A stretch of 64,000 nucleotides of DNA, taken from NCBI GenBank assembly GCA_963771075.1, contig CAVYSE010000018.1:220558-284557 (forward strand), in the 5' to 3' direction. Origin of the DNA: a candidate division FCPU426 bacterium. GTDB lineage: Bacteria > Oederibacteriota > Muellerivitia > Muellerivitales > Muellerivitaceae. Below the pieces are notes generated by a model. The model was not told the DNA's origin. It saw only the letters and a list, made by a program, of their open reading frames with translations, and made no database searches. The position numbers and the translations under genes were made by a program. The first letter of the stretch is position 1. Every line of letters starts with the position of its first letter. Below are positions 47,523 to 58,200 of the stretch, piece by piece.

Positions 47523-47685
47523 GTGGTCCTCGGATAGAAAAACCAAACGCCAACGAAAAGACACGAAGTTTTTGAAAGCGAAACATTGGAAATGAAATAG
47601 ATGTTTTTCTTTAGGTCTGAGTGGCTTCCTGTTGAAAATGGTTTTGCCGTTCGCTGTATTGTTTACCTATACCCAAGGAGAAAAG

Positions 47686-48495
47686 ATGAGCGAATACCAT
47701 ATTGTCGTCTGCGGCGGGCTGGTGCCGGACCCTCTGCAAACCCTGGAGCCGATGACGGGGCCCGCGGGCCCGTCTCTCAAGAACGAGGCCATGCTTCCCG
47801 CCATCCTGGATCCCTGGGCCGCGAGCGCCCTTTTTGAGGCCGCGGCCTTCGCCAAGGTCAACCCGGGTTCCAAGCTTTGGCTGGTTTGCGCGGCTCCCAA
47901 GGCCAAGATCCAACAGGTCATGATGGCCCTGGCCCAAAAGGCGCCCTTCGAGCTGGTGCCGGTGGACGCTCCCGCCGGTGGTTTTACGGATAGTTCGGAA
48001 TGTGCCTCCGCCCTGGGTGAGGCGGTTTCCGCCATTCCGGGAATGGACAAGTCCAAGCTGCTCCTTTTCGGCGGTTGGGAATCGGCGTCCCGTGGCGCGG
48101 GATCCACCCTCGCCATGCTCGGGGAACGGTTGGGGCTCGCCGAGCAGTTCCAAGGCGTGGACCAGGTGAAGCCAAACCCGGATGGAAGTTTGGAAATCCT
48201 AGAACGTGTAGAAGGTGGCAAGCACCAGGTTTCCATCCTTTCCGCGCCTCCTGCAGTCGTGGGTTGGGCCACGGGCAGCCTACGTGAGCCGCCCAATAAT
48301 CCGCAGGTGGGAATGGCGAACATGAGGAACCTAATGCCCGCCCTCCAGAAGGCCAAATCGGCCAAGCTGGCCGGGGAAGGGCTGGCCTTTCAAACAGTGG
48401 CACTGCCCAAGCAAAAGCGTGACACCCGGGTCGTGAAGGACATGCCGGTAGATTCGATCGCGAAGGAAATCGTGGATTGGGTGAGAAAGAAATAA
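47686..48495 (+). CDS. etfB: Electron transfer flavoprotein beta subunit
   Basis: VVC..VPDP, LLLFGG, ERVEGG; GGAG RBS before MSEY. Confidence 0.85.
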   Translation: MSEYHIVVCGGLVPDPLQTLEPMTGPAGPSLKNEAMLPAILDPWAASALFEAAAFAKVNPGSKLWLVCAAPKAKIQQVMMALAQKAPFELVPVDAPAGGFTDSSECASALGEAVSAIPGMDKSKLLLFGGWESASRGAGSTLAMLGERLGLAEQFQGVDQVKPNPDGSLEILERVEGGKHQVSILSAPPAVVGWATGSLREPPNNPQVGMANMRNLMPALQKAKSAKLAGEGLAFQTVALPKQKRDTRVVKDMPVDSIAKEIVDWVRKK

Positions 48496-48590
48496 AGATA
48501 GTCGACAGTTGGCAGTTCGCAGTCGGCAGGAAACGTCGTAAACATAAAGGAAAACCAAAGATATGCAACTGATAAAAAAGGACGGATAAG

Positions 48591-49610
48591 ATGGAAACCA
48601 TACTTTTGTTAGCCCCGCTCGACGGGGAGGGGAAAATAACCAAAGCCGGGTTGGAGGCCGCCACGGCGGCAAAGAACCTGGTCCAAGCCTTGGGCGGCGC
48701 GAAGCTGATCGCGGGCCTTTTTGGGGCCAAGGCGCCGAATGGCGCGGGGGATTCGCTCGCGGGCGCGGGGTTTGAAAAGGTGATGGCGGTCGAAGGGGAG
48801 CCGCTGGCCCAGGCCCGGTACGCCACGGACGCGGCGACCTGCGAGGCGCTTGTGAAGGCCTCCGGCGCGACCCTGGTGCTGGCCCCGGCGGTTTCCCGGA
48901 TACAACGGGTGATCGCGGGTGTGGCGCAAAGGGTTGGCGGCAAGATCGACACCCACGTGACCGAATTGGCCTCGGAGGGCGGCGCGCCCCAGGCCACCCG
49001 CTGGTATTACCGCCAAAGGCTTTTCGCGAAACTCACCCGCGCCCAAAGGCCCTGGATCCTGACCGTCGAACCCGGCACGAACGCCGCGCACGCGGGTTCG
49101 GGCTCATTGGCCTTGGAGAAACTGACCGTGAGCCTGCCCGAATGCAAAACGAGGGTGAAGGGCGAAAAATCACCCGCTTCCGGCGCCCAGACCATCCGGC
49201 CCGACGCCGAGCTTCTCTTCGTGGCGGGGGCGGGCTGGTGCAAGAAGCAGGCGGACGGCCAATTGCACGTTCCCGAGGCGGAGAAATTGATCCTCGGCTT
49301 CCTTGAAAAGACCCAATCCTCCCTGGGGGGGAGCAAATCGGTGGTGGACCAGAGCGGCGAAGGGGCGGTGCTTTCCTTCATGAGCCACTTGAACCAGGTG
49401 GGCCAGACCGGGTCCACTCCCCGGCACGCCAAGGGGCTGGCCACCTGCTGCCATGGGGAAGAGCCCCACGCGGTGGGCTGGCGCTTCATTCAAGAGCGCC
49501 GGGCGGTCAACTTGAACGCCAATTGCGGCTGGGCCCAGGGCAAGGCGGACGTGCTTTACGTGGCGGACGCCTTCCAGGTCTTGGCCAAGGTGAACGAACT
49601 ATTGGGATAG
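48591..49610 (+). CDS. etfA: Electron transfer flavoprotein alpha subunit
   Basis: AELLFVAGAG, LGGSK, QVGQTG, ADVLYVAD. Confidence 0.85.
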   Translation: METILLLAPLDGEGKITKAGLEAATAAKNLVQALGGAKLIAGLFGAKAPNGAGDSLAGAGFEKVMAVEGEPLAQARYATDAATCEALVKASGATLVLAPAVSRIQRVIAGVAQRVGGKIDTHVTELASEGGAPQATRWYYRQRLFAKLTRAQRPWILTVEPGTNAAHAGSGSLALEKLTVSLPECKTRVKGEKSPASGAQTIRPDAELLFVAGAGWCKKQADGQLHVPEAEKLILGFLEKTQSSLGGSKSVVDQSGEGAVLSFMSHLNQVGQTGSTPRHAKGLATCCHGEEPHAVGWRFIQERRAVNLNANCGWAQGKADVLYVADAFQVLAKVNELLG

Positions 49611-49661
49611 GAAGGGTTATAATAGGAATGGTAGGGAGTCCGGTTTCAAGCGAGGTCACTG

Positions 49662-49844
49662 ATGGCATTTTTAGCGGTGGTGGACGCGGTAGGGGTGGAA
49701 TACACCATCAACACAGAGAATCTGGTTCTCTTGCGGGACGCCAAGAGCGTGCATGAATTGGTGTTCATGGATGGAAGCAAGATCAACCTGAAGCCGGAGG
49801 AAGCGGCGAGGGTCAAGGGCCTGCTGGTTCAACCATCCATCTAA
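49662..49844 (+). CDS. Small protein, FlbD-like pattern
   Basis: GAGG RBS; YTINTENL...VFMDGSKI. Confidence 0.55.
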   Translation: MAFLAVVDAVGVEYTINTENLVLLRDAKSVHELVFMDGSKINLKPEEAARVKGLLVQPSI

Positions 49845-49860
49845 CCGCGAACCTCCGAAA

Positions 49861-49898
49861 ACAAAAAAGGCGAGCCCGAATGGGCCCGCCTTTTTTGT
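49861..49898. terminator. Bidirectional intrinsic terminator
   Basis: A6-GGCG.GCCC/GGGC.CGCC-T6 between convergent genes. Confidence 0.8.
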
Positions 49899-49936
49899 TC
49901 CCCCTGATGGGGAAGTGTTAAGCTGTGGAAGGTTTA

Positions 49937-52900
49937 TTAATGAAATACCTCTCGGACCCGAAGGTCGTTGCCATCGGCGATATAGAGGTTATTAGAGGCG
50001 TCCACACAGAGGCCCCAGGGATTCGCCAGTTGCGCGGCGGCGGCGGGGCCATAATCGCCCAAACCGCTTGAACCGCCTCCCGCGTAGGTGGAGATGATCC
50101 CGTTGGTGTTGACCTTGCGGACCACGTTGTTGTTCCAATCGCCGATATAAAGGTTTCCGGACCCATCCATCGCCAGCCCCTCCGGGCTGTTCAAGGTCGC
50201 GGAAGTGGCCGCGAAGCCATCACCCGTGTAGCTCGCCACCGATACCGCCCCCGCCACGGTGTAGATGGCCCCCCCGGTGATCATCCGGACGGTGTCATCC
50301 CAACTACTGGAGATGTAGACGGTGGTACCGGAGGCGTTCACCGCGATCCCCTGGATGTTGATCAATTTAGCCGACATGGCGGAACCACCCTCGACATAGG
50401 TATCCGCACAGGTCACGCAACCGGCCAAGGTGTTGATGATCCCGCCCGTGTTCATGACCCGAACGCGGCCGTCGCCGGTGTCCGCGAGGTAAAGGTTTCC
50501 CGAGGAGTCGCACGCGAGGGCCTGGGCGCTCACATAGGAGGAGGTGGCGGGGACGCCGTCGATGACGCTCGCGCCGCCGCCCGCTGCCTGCGTGGTGACC
50601 CCTCCGTTGTATTTCCAGACGGAGAGGGGGCCATTGACGTAGTAGATGTTTCCAAAGGAGTCCGCCGCGACGCCGGTGGGGTTAATTGGATTCGCGACGG
50701 TGGTGATGATCCCGGAGGTGTCCACTTTGCGGATGGCGTTATTTGCCTGCACCGAGATATAGATGTTCCCGGACGGGTCGACTGCCGCGCCAGATGGATT
50801 GCCGAGCGCGGCGGCGAGGGCTGGACCGTCATCACCCGGGTTATTGGTGCCCCCGCCCGCCACAGTGATGATCTCGCCGGAAAAAGTCGTGGGCGTCGGG
50901 GTAGCCGTGGAGGTTTGCGTGATGGTGGGTGTGATGGTCGGGGTGGAGGTCACCGTTGCCGTGTAGGTGGCAACGGCGGTGTTGAAGTTGATGTTCTGGG
51001 TGTTGTGGACCGACCCGGCCGTAAAGGGGCCCAAGGTCGTGATGGGGTCCCCGCTGGTGTTGGTGAAACAGCTGAATTGTGGGTTGTTGCTACAGTTATT
51101 CTGGCTTCCCCCCACTGCGTCGTACCAGGCTTGCAGGTAATAGGTCACACCCGCGGAGAGGCCGAGGGACGCGTCCATTAAATTGTAGTTGCCGGACGAA
51201 CTGATACTGTTGTTATCCGGGCGGAGGTAATCGGAAGTGTTGATTGATCCATCGGAATTCGCCCCGTAAGCGGCGAAATAGACCTGGTTGGAGTTGGTGA
51301 TCCCGTTCGGGTAATAGGTGGTGTTGACGCTAACGGTTCCGCCCACACCGGTGAAGGTGCAGGGAGCTCCCCCGACAGGATAAGCGACGCTCAAGCTGAC
51401 GCCGCCGGAGGGGTTGGTGACCAGGGTCATCCCGCTCCCGAGGCAAGCCTCGGAACTGACGCTGTTGCCCGTAAACCCGTAAAACTGGAAGGTATCGCCG
51501 ATGTTCGGGTTAAAGCCACCGCTGCCGTTCGTGAGAAAGCCGGTGTTGTATCCCCTGCCGGATTGCCCGTAGATGACACCGACATAAACATTGGTGGCGG
51601 GGGCGTCATTGAACAGGTAGGTTCCCGCGGAATTTTGCATGTCCACGGAGAAGTAACCGCCTCCGCCGTTGAGCGAAGTGGCCACCAGGACCCCCAATTG
51701 GTTGGTGGAACTGACGTTCGAGGCGCTCACCGAGACCGTCAAGGGGTTGGAGTAGCTGTTGACGGTGCTGTCGAAGGTGATGGGCATGGTATAGGGGTTT
51801 CCGGCGCTATTGAGGGTCGTGGGGAGGTTGTTGATGAAGGTGACCGGATCGGATCCCGTGGGGGTGGCCTGGACCAGGGTGCTGCTCCCGCTTCCCACGT
51901 TATCGTAAAAGACTTCCAGATCCCAATTTGAGTTGTTGCTATTGTTCGAACCCAGGGACGTCAAATAGAAGGTCGCCCCGTTGCTTTTGACCGTGTTGTC
52001 GGTCAGCAAGGTTCCGTAGTTCGTGCCAGCCTGGTAGGCCAGCAGGTGGATCGACTTGGTGCCGCTGACCCCGCCCGGAAGGTAAGTGACAGGGCCTGAA
52101 ATACCCTGGGCGATATTGTCATCATTGAACCCCATATTGCCGATATTGTTGTTGCCGTTCGTCACCGTGATGCCGGATGCCGGCAGGTTGAAGGTGGTAT
52201 TACCCCCGCCGGTCGCGATGATATAGGGCTCTCCGGGCAAGGGGCCTCCCTGATCCACGTTATTGACCAGGGTGCTGGCCGCGTCAAATTGAATCAAGAC
52301 CCAGTAGGTACCGGTGGCGGTTAAGGGTATGCTAAAACCTCCCCCGTTCGCCGTAACAGAGGCGGTCCCCACCATGCTGACCCCGCCGTTTCCCCTGACG
52401 AATGAACCGTTGTTGTAAACCTCAATGCCAATAGGTTTGTTCGAGCTCACCGAGCCTAAGCTTCCGTTATACGAGACGCTGCCCGTGATAAAAATGCCGT
52501 TGGGTGTGCTGGTGACGGTGAGGGTGGGGGTGCCGGTCACGGTCGCCGTCAAAGTGCTGGTCGAGGACACCGTGGGGCTATAGGTCAGGGTGACGGTCGG
52601 GGTGAGGCTGAAGGTCGTGGTAAGGGTGACGGTTGAGGTAGGGGTTGAAGACGGGGTGAAGCTCAAGGGGGGCGTGTTGGTGGGTGTCCCGCTGAAGGTG
52701 GATGTTCCAGTTGGGGTGGGACTGTCCGTGAGGGTTGGGGTATTAGTCACCGTAAAGGTGCTGGTGCCCGTGGGTGTCGAGGAAGAGGTATAGGAATCGG
52801 TTGGGGTGGCAGTTTGTGTTGGGGTGTTGGTGTCGGTGGGTGTCAGGCTTTCAGTCGATGTGCCGGTAGAAGTGGGCGTGGAGGAAGATGTAAAGGAATC

Positions 52901-53299
52901 CGTCGGGGTGGCTGTTTGGGTTGGGGTATAGGTGACGGTCGGCGTCAGGCTGTCAGTAGCAGTACCGGTAGAAGTGGAGGTTGAAGTATCCGTAGGACTG
53001 TTCGTGATGGTGAAGCTTGAAGTCGGAGTAGGCGTTTGGGTGGGCGAGTAAGTCGTGGTAATTGTATTGGTTGAGGTTGGTGTGTTGGTGTTGGTGGTTG
53101 AATGGGTGATAGTGGGGGTCTGGGTAATCGTGGGACTGTTCGTTATGGTTGCGCTGTTAATGGGAGTCGGGGTGGAGGTGTTGGTGGGGGGATTGGAGGG
53201 AGAAGTCGGATTACTGCTTTTGGATCCTCCGCAAGAAACATAAAAAAAGGCCGTCACCGCCAACAAAATGGAGAATAAGAAACTTGAGTAATTTTTCAT
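49937..53299 (-). CDS. Lipoprotein with Thr-rich stalk and C-terminal NHL-repeat beta-propeller
   Basis: Lipobox YVSC; TxT stalk; repeated NPxG.AVD.SGNLYI.D..N..VRKV. Confidence 0.9.
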   Translation of the reverse strand: MKNYSSFLFSILLAVTAFFYVSCGGSKSSNPTSPSNPPTNTSTPTPINSATITNSPTITQTPTITHSTTNTNTPTSTNTITTTYSPTQTPTPTSSFTITNSPTDTSTSTSTGTATDSLTPTVTYTPTQTATPTDSFTSSSTPTSTGTSTESLTPTDTNTPTQTATPTDSYTSSSTPTGTSTFTVTNTPTLTDSPTPTGTSTFSGTPTNTPPLSFTPSSTPTSTVTLTTTFSLTPTVTLTYSPTVSSTSTLTATVTGTPTLTVTSTPNGIFITGSVSYNGSLGSVSSNKPIGIEVYNNGSFVRGNGGVSMVGTASVTANGGGFSIPLTATGTYWVLIQFDAASTLVNNVDQGGPLPGEPYIIATGGGNTTFNLPASGITVTNGNNNIGNMGFNDDNIAQGISGPVTYLPGGVSGTKSIHLLAYQAGTNYGTLLTDNTVKSNGATFYLTSLGSNNSNNSNWDLEVFYDNVGSGSSTLVQATPTGSDPVTFINNLPTTLNSAGNPYTMPITFDSTVNSYSNPLTVSVSASNVSSTNQLGVLVATSLNGGGGYFSVDMQNSAGTYLFNDAPATNVYVGVIYGQSGRGYNTGFLTNGSGGFNPNIGDTFQFYGFTGNSVSSEACLGSGMTLVTNPSGGVSLSVAYPVGGAPCTFTGVGGTVSVNTTYYPNGITNSNQVYFAAYGANSDGSINTSDYLRPDNNSISSSGNYNLMDASLGLSAGVTYYLQAWYDAVGGSQNNCSNNPQFSCFTNTSGDPITTLGPFTAGSVHNTQNINFNTAVATYTATVTSTPTITPTITQTSTATPTPTTFSGEIITVAGGGTNNPGDDGPALAAALGNPSGAAVDPSGNIYISVQANNAIRKVDTSGIITTVANPINPTGVAADSFGNIYYVNGPLSVWKYNGGVTTQAAGGGASVIDGVPATSSYVSAQALACDSSGNLYLADTGDGRVRVMNTGGIINTLAGCVTCADTYVEGGSAMSAKLINIQGIAVNASGTTVYISSSWDDTVRMITGGAIYTVAGAVSVASYTGDGFAATSATLNSPEGLAMDGSGNLYIGDWNNNVVRKVNTNGIISTYAGGGSSGLGDYGPAAAAQLANPWGLCVDASNNLYIADGNDLRVREVFH

Positions 53300-53349
53300 G
53301 CAATCCCCCTATCACGATAAACAACAAGCAGAATATATAGTCGATTTAT

Positions 53350-53908
53350 CAAAACTGCCAGAAAACCCCAGGCTTTTAAGCCTGGGGATGAATGGCTGCC
53401 CGGAGGGCCGACTGATTTTGTCGGTCCGCAGGCCAGGGGTTATGGCATGCTCTGGTGATGGGAAACTATTGGACTGGAGCACATACCAAGCACCGACTGT
53501 TGTATCACTTGGTTTGGATACCCAAGTATAGGAAACGAATTCTACTGGGCAAAGTGGTTGTTCGCTTAGACGAACTATTTCGTGAAGCAGCCCACGTCAA
53601 CCGGTGGGTAATTCGTGAGTTGAATATTCAACGGGACCATGTCCATATGCTGATTCAAGTTGAACCAAGGGTGAGCGTGGCAAAAGTAGTACAAGTTTTG
53701 AAAGGTGGGACGAGTATCAAAATAAGGCGGGAGTTTCCAGAACTGGAAGAGTTTTTGTGGGGTGATAGTTTTTGGGCGGACGGCTACTTTGCGGAAAGTA
53801 TTGGGACGGTGCAAGAAGAAATGATTCGTAAGTATATCCGCGAGCAACAGCGTGACCAGAGTATGCCGAAGGGCAGAAACCCCGGGCTTTAGCCCGGGGA
53901 GAGCTTCA
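53350..53908 (+). mobile_element. IS200/IS605-family element (tnpA only)
   Basis: Subterminal hairpins 53366-53387 and 53880-53899; right end TTCA; left boundary approximate. Confidence 0.85.
53455..53892 (+). CDS. tnpA: IS200-family Y1 transposase
   Basis: YHLVWIPKYR, DHVHML, LKGGTS, FWADGYF, YIREQ. Confidence 0.96.
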   Translation: MMGNYWTGAHTKHRLLYHLVWIPKYRKRILLGKVVVRLDELFREAAHVNRWVIRELNIQRDHVHMLIQVEPRVSVAKVVQVLKGGTSIKIRREFPELEEFLWGDSFWADGYFAESIGTVQEEMIRKYIREQQRDQSMPKGRNPGL

Positions 53909-54047
53909 TTTTTTTTTGTATGATACGGCTCATCCAAGGTTGTAAAAAAAGTGTTAAATTCATTGGGGGTGAAACGATTAATATTCCCTTGAATCCCTGC
54001 GCATTTTAAACTAATTATTCGATTAAAAAGGTCAAAAAGGATGCGTT

Positions 54048-54419
54048 ATGACTGAAGCGTATCTTCTGAAGGAAAGACGGGTCCATCCTCGAATTTCAGT
54101 CAAAATTCCATTGGATTTCAGGATTATTGATAACCGGGAAGAGATCAAATCCGTATTGGAGCTTCGTAAGAAAGAAAAAAATGGGAAAACCCTTGATGCC
54201 AGCCTGGGAGGGCTTTGCGTAGTTACGGATTATCCCCTATATGAAGGGACCATTTTGAGCCTCGAAATTTCGATTCCTGAACCACCGCAAAAAACAAGGG
54301 CGATGGCCGAGGTGGTATGGGCCAATGATTCGGGGGGCGGGATCCGTTTTTTGGCGATGGAAGAAAAAGACCGGGATGCCTTGAAAACCTACCTCACCAA
54401 GGCATCCTCTAAAAGGTAA
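54048..54419 (+). CDS. PilZ-domain c-di-GMP-binding protein
   Basis: ERRVHPR (RxxxR) and DASLGG (DxSxxG). Confidence 0.92.
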   Translation: MTEAYLLKERRVHPRISVKIPLDFRIIDNREEIKSVLELRKKEKNGKTLDASLGGLCVVTDYPLYEGTILSLEISIPEPPQKTRAMAEVVWANDSGGGIRFLAMEEKDRDALKTYLTKASSKR

Positions 54420-54725
54420 TTCATTTATTGTTATTGTAATTCTTGTCATTTCTGAAATATTTTCAAAAGGTTCCGCTATTTGAAATGAGATATGGAACAC
54501 CGGGAAAATCTATCCTGGAGGTGATTAGACTTTTTGCCAGATAGTGATGGGGTTATAATAAGGCTCGTAGTAGTTTTTTGAATGGACGCCCCTTCCAATT
54601 CCTCGGTGTCTGACCGCACCGAATTTAACCGATACTAATTCAATTTCTTTTAATGCGCATGTTTCGTAAATCGGGTTTTATACCAAATTGGTTTCATCGA
54701 TCGGTGTTTTTAGAGGAGAAGCCAA

Positions 54726-54998
54726 GTGGAAATTACGAAAAAAGTGAAGATCGTGAACCGGCTGGGGCTCCATTTGAGGGCCGCCGCGAAGCTAGTGAAG
54801 GCTTCTTCCAAATACAAATGCCGAATCTTTATTAAAGACCAATACCATCAAGCGGATTGTAAGAGCCTACTGAATATCATGGCCCTCGCAGTCAGTTATG
54901 GTTCGGAAGTGACCTTGGTGTTCGAGGGGGAAGATGTTCGCACCGCCCAGGAAGAAATTCTTGATTTGTTCCACACCAAGTTCGGTGAAAAATCTTAA
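54726..54998 (+). CDS. ptsH: HPr-family phosphocarrier
   Basis: GLHLRAA (His15), KSLLNIMAL (Ser46). Confidence 0.92.
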   Translation: MEITKKVKIVNRLGLHLRAAAKLVKASSKYKCRIFIKDQYHQADCKSLLNIMALAVSYGSEVTLVFEGEDVRTAQEEILDLFHTKFGEKS

Positions 54999-55254
54999 CC
55001 TTAACAAATTAGGTTCGATTTTTTTAATAGTTAGATTTTTCTGATTTGTGTCGGATTTTCAGCTATTCTCCCCAACAAAATCTTGATAATTATTGATGAA
55101 ATCCTTTTTCTTGTGGAGTTTTATCGGCTTGAAAATTGCAATATTTCCATAAAAAAGATCGAAATCGGATTAACGTAAAACCTTTTTGCTCGATTTTTTT
55201 GATTTTGGTGATTGACGAATTTGGGGTAGGAGTTTGTCCCCTTCAACTTGAGGA

Positions 55255-58200
55255 GTGGGCTTGTCCAAGAAAATAAAAACGTTATCCATTAATTCCCCTA
55301 CACCGAAATTAGCCTATCTTTTTGGGGCGTTCATGTTGGGATTTTTGTGGCCTAGCTTCTCGATTGCCACGCCTCAAACCCTGACGGTTTCGGGGAACCA
55401 GGTGATGACCAGCGGCGGTTGTCCCGTGACCTTGCGGGGTGTGGATATCGACAGCATGGAATGGTACGACAGTAATAATGACCCCGGGGAAGGTCCCCCC
55501 AATGGGAGTGGGGGAAGCATTCTCAGTTCGGTCCAGGCGGCGGTAACCGCTTGGCATGTCAACATCATCCGGCTTCCTCTCAACCAAGATTTTTGGTTTG
55601 GCTGTGGCGGGGCTGGCGCGGCGACCTACACCGGTACCGTCCAAAGTATCGTTGATTATTGTTCGACGAATAATGTTTACGTCCTGCTCGATTTGCATTG
55701 GTCGGGAACCTCTTCGACCTCCTCGGCGCCGTGTGGAAGCGGATGGACCTCGGCGACCACGCAACAGCCCATGGCGGACGCGAACGCGGTGACCTTTTGG
55801 AGCGCTGTCGCCGGGACTTACAAAAATAATTCAGCGGTCCTCTTTGATCTTTACAATGAGCCCTACGACTCTAACAAGGATGGAATCGCTCCCGTAACGG
55901 TTGACACCGCAGGGTATGGCATATGGCTGAACGGGGGGGTACTCGCCGGCAATTCATTTACCACCCCCGGTATGCAAGCATTGTTGAACGCGGTCCGTGG
56001 AGCCGGCGCTAATAACCTATGCGTCATGGGCGGACTTCACTGGTGCGCTAACCTTAACGGTTTGCCCGCTGCCTCGGTCACGAATTTGGGCAACGGCGTC
56101 ATGTATGCATGCCACCTTTACGGGAATAATGACGGGAATACCCCGGTCAGTTGGACCGCGGAGATACCAGCCACTCTCTTGTCCAATTATCCTGTTTTCG
56201 CGGGGGAATATGGGCCCTCCACCAGCTGCAACGTGACCGATACCACCTACAACACGAATATCTTTTCCTGGCTCAGTTCGACTAGCGGTGTGGTGGGTGG
56301 TACCGCCTGGTCCTTTACCACCAATTCTTGCCCTAATTTGTTGTCCAGTTACAATCCCATTACAGCGAGCGCTTGGGGACAGGCGGTTTCAACCTTTTTG
56401 TTAACCCCGGTGCCGACCTGCGGTTCGACTGGCGGCTCAAACACTTACACGCCAACTCGAACATTCACCTCCACGCCTACCTTAACCCAAACGCCTACGA
56501 TTACCCGAAGCAACACCCCAACCTATACCTCGACGACGACACCCACCCGAACATCCACTCCGACATTGACCTGGTCACCCACACCTACTCCTACCGGTAC
56601 GTCTACCTCCACCCGGACATCAACCCAAACTTTTACGGCGACCGGAACCGTGACGGCTTCATTTACGGCCACGCTTTCGATAACCCCTTCGAAAACTTCA
56701 ACCGCAACCTTAACCTCAAGCCCATCGGTCACGGGTACCTCGACTTCGACGATTCAATCCACCCCCACCTTCACCAATAGCCCAACACGCACCCATACCG
56801 TCACGGCAACCAACACCCCTATCGCGACCGGAACCTTTAGTCCCACTCCTACGGCGACCTGGACGACGACCCGTACCTCCACTTCGACGGTGACAGGGAC
56901 ATCCACTTTTTCATCCACCTCCACCGGTACTTCAACACTGACCCCGACTGTCTCCTTCACGACCACCCGCACCTCCACTTCCACGGTGACGGGAACCGCC
57001 ACTTCGACTTTCACCTCCACTTCGACCGTCCCCTTAACTCTGACCGTAACCAATAGTCCTACCCTAACCAATACGGTCACCAAGACCACCACCTTTACCT
57101 CGACCGTGACGGGAACCACGACCTTTACATCCACAACGACCGCGACCGTTACCAACACTTCCACCCTCACTTTCACCCACACCGCCACCTCGACGCGTAC
57201 CCCCACCTCCACTTCAACTCCGACCGTCACCACCCCCCCCACGCTTACCTTTACGGTGACCGAAACGCCCCAATTGAGCTTTACCATTACCGAGTCGCCC
57301 ACTCCAACCAACACCTTTACCTCGACCTCAACCTCGACGGCTTCCCCCAGCGCCACCCATACGAATACATCCACATTGACCGCGACCTACACCTATACTC
57401 CTACCAATTCCACGACGTCGACGGCAACCGTAACCCGGACTTCCACAGGTACGGCGACCATGACCCGCACACCTACCTCCACCTCTACTTCTTCCAACAC
57501 GGCGACTGTCACCTCCACCGTTTCCTTGACGGCCACGGTGCCATTTACCTATACCCCAACTCAGACCTCCAGCCCCACGCCGACCTGGACCCTGACCGCT
57601 TCCCTTACACCGACCAGTTCGATGTTGCCAACGGCGACCCACACCGCGAGTTGGACGGCCACGGCAACCCTATCCCGCACGCCGACTTTAACCTATACGG
57701 AATCGGTGACTGGTACGCCCACCCTGTCCTATACACCTAGCCTGACGCCACCCTTCTCCTATACTCCCACCGGCACCCCGACTTTGACCGACACGCCTAC
57801 AGCCACCGGGACAGCGACTTCCACCGTTACACCGCCTTCGACCTACACCCCCACCCCTACCCTCACGACCACTGCTACCCCGACATTCCCCTATACGGCG
57901 ACCAACACCCCGACCCTAACCTCCACCCCTACCTTTACAGCGACAGCCACCTCGACCGGCACCCCCACACCTCCCAACGTTCAATTGGCGGTGGGCGGTT
58001 CCAATCCCTCGGGTGAGGCGGTTTTGCCTGGAACGGCCAACGTACCCCTGCTTCAATTCCAACTGACGAATACCGGAAGCATGAACGTGACCGTCACCAG
58101 CCTTCAAGTTTCCATCCAGGGCGGTTCGGGGGTAACGGAAGTTTCCTTGACCCTCGGGTCCTTGGTTTTGGGCACGGGAAGCCTCTCTAGCGGCACGGCG

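Noticed and set aside
43680..49493. Long antisense and alternate-frame ORFs over the ACAD/ETF operon (also over gltA, adk, GT39)
   Set aside because: Expected GC3 shadows of well-supported genes.
45663..49610. Nitrogen-fixation fixABCX operon
   Set aside because: Linked to an acyl-CoA dehydrogenase; no nif genes in the window.
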